From contig JBIIGV010000060.1 of NCBI GenBank assembly GCA_044236265.1, forward strand, positions 1 through 17,984: a stretch of DNA of 17,984 bases, read 5' to 3'. The DNA is from Oligoflexales bacterium. GTDB taxonomy: Bacteria > Bdellovibrionota_B > Oligoflexia > Oligoflexales > RGVZ01. Shown here piece after piece: positions 14,613 through 17,984 of this stretch. The notes beneath the pieces were generated by a model that was not told the DNA's origin, did no database searches, and saw nothing but the letters and a program-made list of their open reading frames with translations. Within the stretch, counting starts at the first letter, position 1. Each line of letters starts with the position of its first letter. Position numbers and translations under genes: made by a program.

Positions 14613-17600
14613 ACTTGAACTTAAGGTCGACCCCGGTGTCGGCCGGTGCCCCCGATCCTTTGCTGCTGACTCCTGACTGATCATTGCTACTCTCAATACC
14701 ACCTGTGAGGGAAATGCTATCATGAAGGCTATACTCTGACGACACCTTAAGCGTTGTTTGATCAACCTTTAAAATGACGTCAAAGTCGTCGGTAATGTTG
14801 AGTGGAAGATTGAACCGAGCAACAGGTGTTCCACCCTCCGGTGCGTAAGTGTCGATGTAAACCTGCCGTATTACATTTTGTCCAGAGAGATCGAATATTT
14901 TCTGGACAGTGTCTTCAACCTGCCCGGCTAGGAGGTTTAAGGCCTCGGCCGCAGCTGCAGATTCGGACGTGTTTCTTCCTGACTGTGCATCCGGAAGTGA
15001 TCCGCGACTCAAGAGGCCGATAATTTCCATCTTTGATAACGCCTGTCCATCTGGTCTTGTTGCTGGGTCGACGGTGAAATCTATCATGGGTGAGCTTGCT
15101 CGGCCCGAGATGTTAATGGCAACCCGATATGATGCGACATCACTAGTTGCAGAAATGTCCAGAGAGGGGTCTACTTGAATGGGATCATCAAAGTTGATAA
15201 GACCCCGCTTAATCTCGAAGTCGCGTTTATAAAAAAATCGCCCTTTTGGAATGTCAACCAGGCCGATGATACTTGGGGTCAGGTTATTGCCTGCGATCCG
15301 CAGATCAGTTGAGAGCTCTGCTTGAACTGAACGACTCGAAAAAGAAATTGAGCGTTCAGCACCGATGTTTATATCGAGATTGACCGTAGGAGTAATTGAT
15401 TCTGTGCTATCTCCTGTGGATTGCGATCTCAAGCCTTCTATGATGGCTTCACGAAGATCAAAGTCTCGATTTGATCTGGCGCGCCGAATAACAACTCTAC
15501 CCGCCGCCGTCCAAGGTCTTGCGGTACCAGAAATCTTAATCTGACCATCAATAGAAGAGTCAAAGTACTTTACGATCGGGAAAGGGTACAGAAATGCAGC
15601 GTTCTCAAGATTGATCGAAAGATCGGTATCTTCGCCAGAACCTGGTCTTGCGATGAATCCATTGGCAGCGATGACTCCATTGCCCTTATTCGCCCGTAAT
15701 CGTCGGATATGGACGCCATCGTATTTGATATTTGCGTTAAGTTCGATGTTTTGAAATGTAGGTCTAAATCCGAGTAGTCCCAGGTCCATTGATCTGGATT
15801 CTGTATCTACATTTCTGACATTGACATCGACATTGGGCTTGTCAATTGACCCCGTAATGGCTCCGTTTATTGCGAGTGATCCAGATGCCGTCTCGACATC
15901 AGAAATAAATAGCTTTAGGGCTTCGATGTCCATCTTTCCATCAATCAAGACACCTAAGTGGTGTGGCGGACGATGATCGCGAAGTCCAAATTTCAACTCT
16001 CCGAATGAACTGCTTATTGTCAGTGGAAGATTGTCGGCTGCAACCCAGGAATTTCCACTGAAATAAATGCGTGATGCATGAGCCGAGCGGAAGTCAAACC
16101 GTTGTCCGTTTCCTGATCCTGCTGAGTAGTACCTGATTCTTAAATCTTTTAAGTCTAGCTCGCCTTTGCTTTCCCACCATCGATCCATCCTCCCCTGTAG
16201 TGTCCAAGTAGCGGTAAGGTAGGCATAGTTTCTGGCGTCTTGAGACATGACGGATGGAAGCCAGGGTCGAAAATCTGCGTTACGTGCAGAAATGTACCAA
16301 CTAAAGGGAATCTCGTCCTTGCTGAAATCGAGATTGACGCGAGCTTTGAGTGCGCTGCCACCTTGTTCAGCCATGATGTCAAGCTTGCCGCCGTCAACTA
16401 CGATTGAGGATACAATGTCACTGACCGGGTTATTTGTGATTTTAGTTTTAGACGTCCTTAGGCGGGCGATTCCAGTTTGTTTGCTGAGATTTCCAGCAAA
16501 TTTGAAGTCGCCCGATGTCTGGGCAGATATCCCATATTCCGCAGCATATCTTCCTACAATGGGAATGAGTCTAATCTCGTCGCCAGCTCCAGATATCGGT
16601 GTCAGTTTGCCCTCGATCTCGAAACGATCGTTCTTTCCCAAGCCCAATTCTGTCAGAACGTCCGAAGGATTTTGCCTTTCCGACCGAACGTGATTGAACT
16701 TAATGTCAGCTTTGGTGCCTGCGGTAAGAATTTCGAGATCATCGGTCGCAAGTCCAGTAGGTGTTCCCTTTATGACGCCCTTCAGGGATTTGCCATAGAA
16801 ATAATTTCTGTCTCTCGCATTTTCAATGTCAAGCTCAAGAGAGCCTTGCCATGTTAACGGTTTTAATGCCGGTCCTTTCATTTTAATGTCCACTGAACGC
16901 GCGACAAACTCTAAAGACTGCTTGCCATCAGTCATGTCTCGTATCATGGAACCGATGACCCCATGATCGACCAGCCGCGCATTAGCTGAGAAGTCGATAT
17001 TCAGGTCGTCATCGAAGGCGAGTTTGCCAGACGGGCTAAGTAGATTTCCGCCACCATCAAATCTGATCTTGAAATCCTTCCATTCAAGGAACTCATCGTG
17101 CACCGTAAGCTTCGCATTCATCTCTCCCACTGCAGTGCTGCCAATAACGGTGTCATTGATCTTTGTTTCCACGTCGACTTTCACGTTGTCGTAAGCTCCG
17201 TGAATCCTCGTCTGCATGGCTCCACGTCCAGCCAGCGAAGCTTGGGCAAAGTAAGCCAATGGTGATGGATTGAACTCGTCAGATCGCAGTAAAATATCTA
17301 AACCAGATTTTGGGTCAAATGATGTGGCGCCCGACATGTTCAGCGAAAATTTGCTGGATTTTGCGGGCCCGTAACAGTGACCTGCGCCTCGATTGATCTG
17401 TAGTTCATTTGAGTCCACTTTTAGTAACAGATCTAGATCGCAAGTGGGTGAGTTCGGGTGTCGCGTGTGATCATAATCAAGACCTGGAGTTTTAAAATCT
17501 TTAAGTTGTGTAGCTGCTTGTACAGACATTAAAAATGGATCGCCCGTTCCGGTTATCGCGAGTAGAGGGCTGGTCATGTCAAAATTGAGAACGTCAAAAT

Positions 17601-17984
17601 CGACATTAAATATTCCAAGTAGATCCTTAAACGGAAGATCTGTTGGTGTCAGTTTAAAATCAAATGGAACCACCTTATCAAAGCCTATCGACCCAGAACC
17701 TGTGGCGACGGTCTTTTCACCAATCTTTAAATCGATGTTAGATAAAGTGAATTTTTTTAAGTCGACCGAAAAATCAGATGCGGTTTCGTAGAGGCGAAAG
17801 TCGTAAAATCTAGCATCATGACTTTGCAGTTTTCCATTTGTGGTGAATCCCGTCGGCTTCTTTGACGTGATCGGAATAAAGAGTGTTGTTTTTGCCGAAC
17901 CGGCTAACTTGCCGCGGTTGCCCGGTATGTCCAGAAAGCTTCCAATAATACTTGAATCTGCTTGGAATTGATTTGAGTTCAGAT
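14599..17984 (-). CDS. tamB: TamB / AsmA-like translocation and assembly module protein, 5' end outside the window
   Basis: I checked that the frame is open from 17984 to the TAA at 14601-14599 (more than 1120 aa). Amphipathic beta-rich throughout, with a DUF490/TamB-like C-terminus (DLRIAGN..TPSIIG, F.IKRG.INF.DP…DP.LDI.A, ISGRASSP.I.F…P, LS..EI..LL..G) ending DLKFKFAFP. Adjacent to an Omp85 gene. Confidence 0.88.
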   Translation of the reverse strand, partial: LNSNQFQADSSIIGSFLDIPGNRGKLAGSAKTTLFIPITSKKPTGFTTNGKLQSHDARFYDFRLYETASDFSVDLKKFTLSNIDLKIGEKTVATGSGSIGFDKVVPFDFKLTPTDLPFKDLLGIFNVDFDVLNFDMTSPLLAITGTGDPFLMSVQAATQLKDFKTPGLDYDHTRHPNSPTCDLDLLLKVDSNELQINRGAGHCYGPAKSSKFSLNMSGATSFDPKSGLDILLRSDEFNPSPLAYFAQASLAGRGAMQTRIHGAYDNVKVDVETKINDTVIGSTAVGEMNAKLTVHDEFLEWKDFKIRFDGGGNLLSPSGKLAFDDDLNIDFSANARLVDHGVIGSMIRDMTDGKQSLEFVARSVDIKMKGPALKPLTWQGSLELDIENARDRNYFYGKSLKGVIKGTPTGLATDDLEILTAGTKADIKFNHVRSERQNPSDVLTELGLGKNDRFEIEGKLTPISGAGDEIRLIPIVGRYAAEYGISAQTSGDFKFAGNLSKQTGIARLRTSKTKITNNPVSDIVSSIVVDGGKLDIMAEQGGSALKARVNLDFSKDEIPFSWYISARNADFRPWLPSVMSQDARNYAYLTATWTLQGRMDRWWESKGELDLKDLRIRYYSAGSGNGQRFDFRSAHASRIYFSGNSWVAADNLPLTISSSFGELKFGLRDHRPPHHLGVLIDGKMDIEALKLFISDVETASGSLAINGAITGSIDKPNVDVNVRNVDTESRSMDLGLLGFRPTFQNIELNANIKYDGVHIRRLRANKGNGVIAANGFIARPGSGEDTDLSINLENAAFLYPFPIVKYFDSSIDGQIKISGTARPWTAAGRVVIRRARSNRDFDLREAIIEGLRSQSTGDSTESITPTVNLDINIGAERSISFSSRSVQAELSTDLRIAGNNLTPSIIGLVDIPKGRFFYKRDFEIKRGLINFDDPIQVDPSLDISATSDVASYRVAINISGRASSPMIDFTVDPATRPDGQALSKMEIIGLLSRGSLPDAQSGRNTSESAAAAEALNLLAGQVEDTVQKIFDLSGQNVIRQVYIDTYAPEGGTPVARFNLPLNITDDFDVILKVDQTTLKVSSEYSLHDSISLTGGIESSNDQSGVSSKGSGAPADTGVDLKFKFAFP

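Noticed and set aside
14613..14765. N-terminal 51 aa of the 1050-aa Omp85 ORF as called in the ORF track
   Set aside because: It overlaps the tamB C-terminal coding region in another frame. The signal-peptide-like segment only starts at about 14612, so the extension is likely a longest-ORF artefact.

Overview
This is a gene-dense bacterial chromosomal window of moderate GC (roughly mid-40s % by eye), dominated by cell-envelope and housekeeping genes. The gene style suggests a diderm of the Bdellovibrionota/Oligoflexia or a deltaproteobacteria-like lineage; this is inference, not established. In order it holds: a 5'-truncated MazG-like nucleotide pyrophosphohydrolase; a lipoprotein papain-family (C1) cysteine peptidase; a tolQ-tolR-tolA-tolB operon not followed by pal; a DUF962/Mpo1-like membrane protein; a small charge-segregated disordered lipoprotein; a bidirectional intrinsic terminator; fabG-fabH; an 804-aa helical protein with HEAT-like repeats and a C-terminal HEPN-like RNxxxH motif; a divergently transcribed secreted beta-propeller-like protein; and a tamB (5'-truncated) plus Omp85 (BamA/TamA family, about 6-7 POTRA repeats) pair. 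I saw no rRNA, tRNA, CRISPR array or mobile element. The best novelty candidate is the HEAT+HEPN-like putative RNase with its divergent partner and the repeat-structured intergenic region between them.
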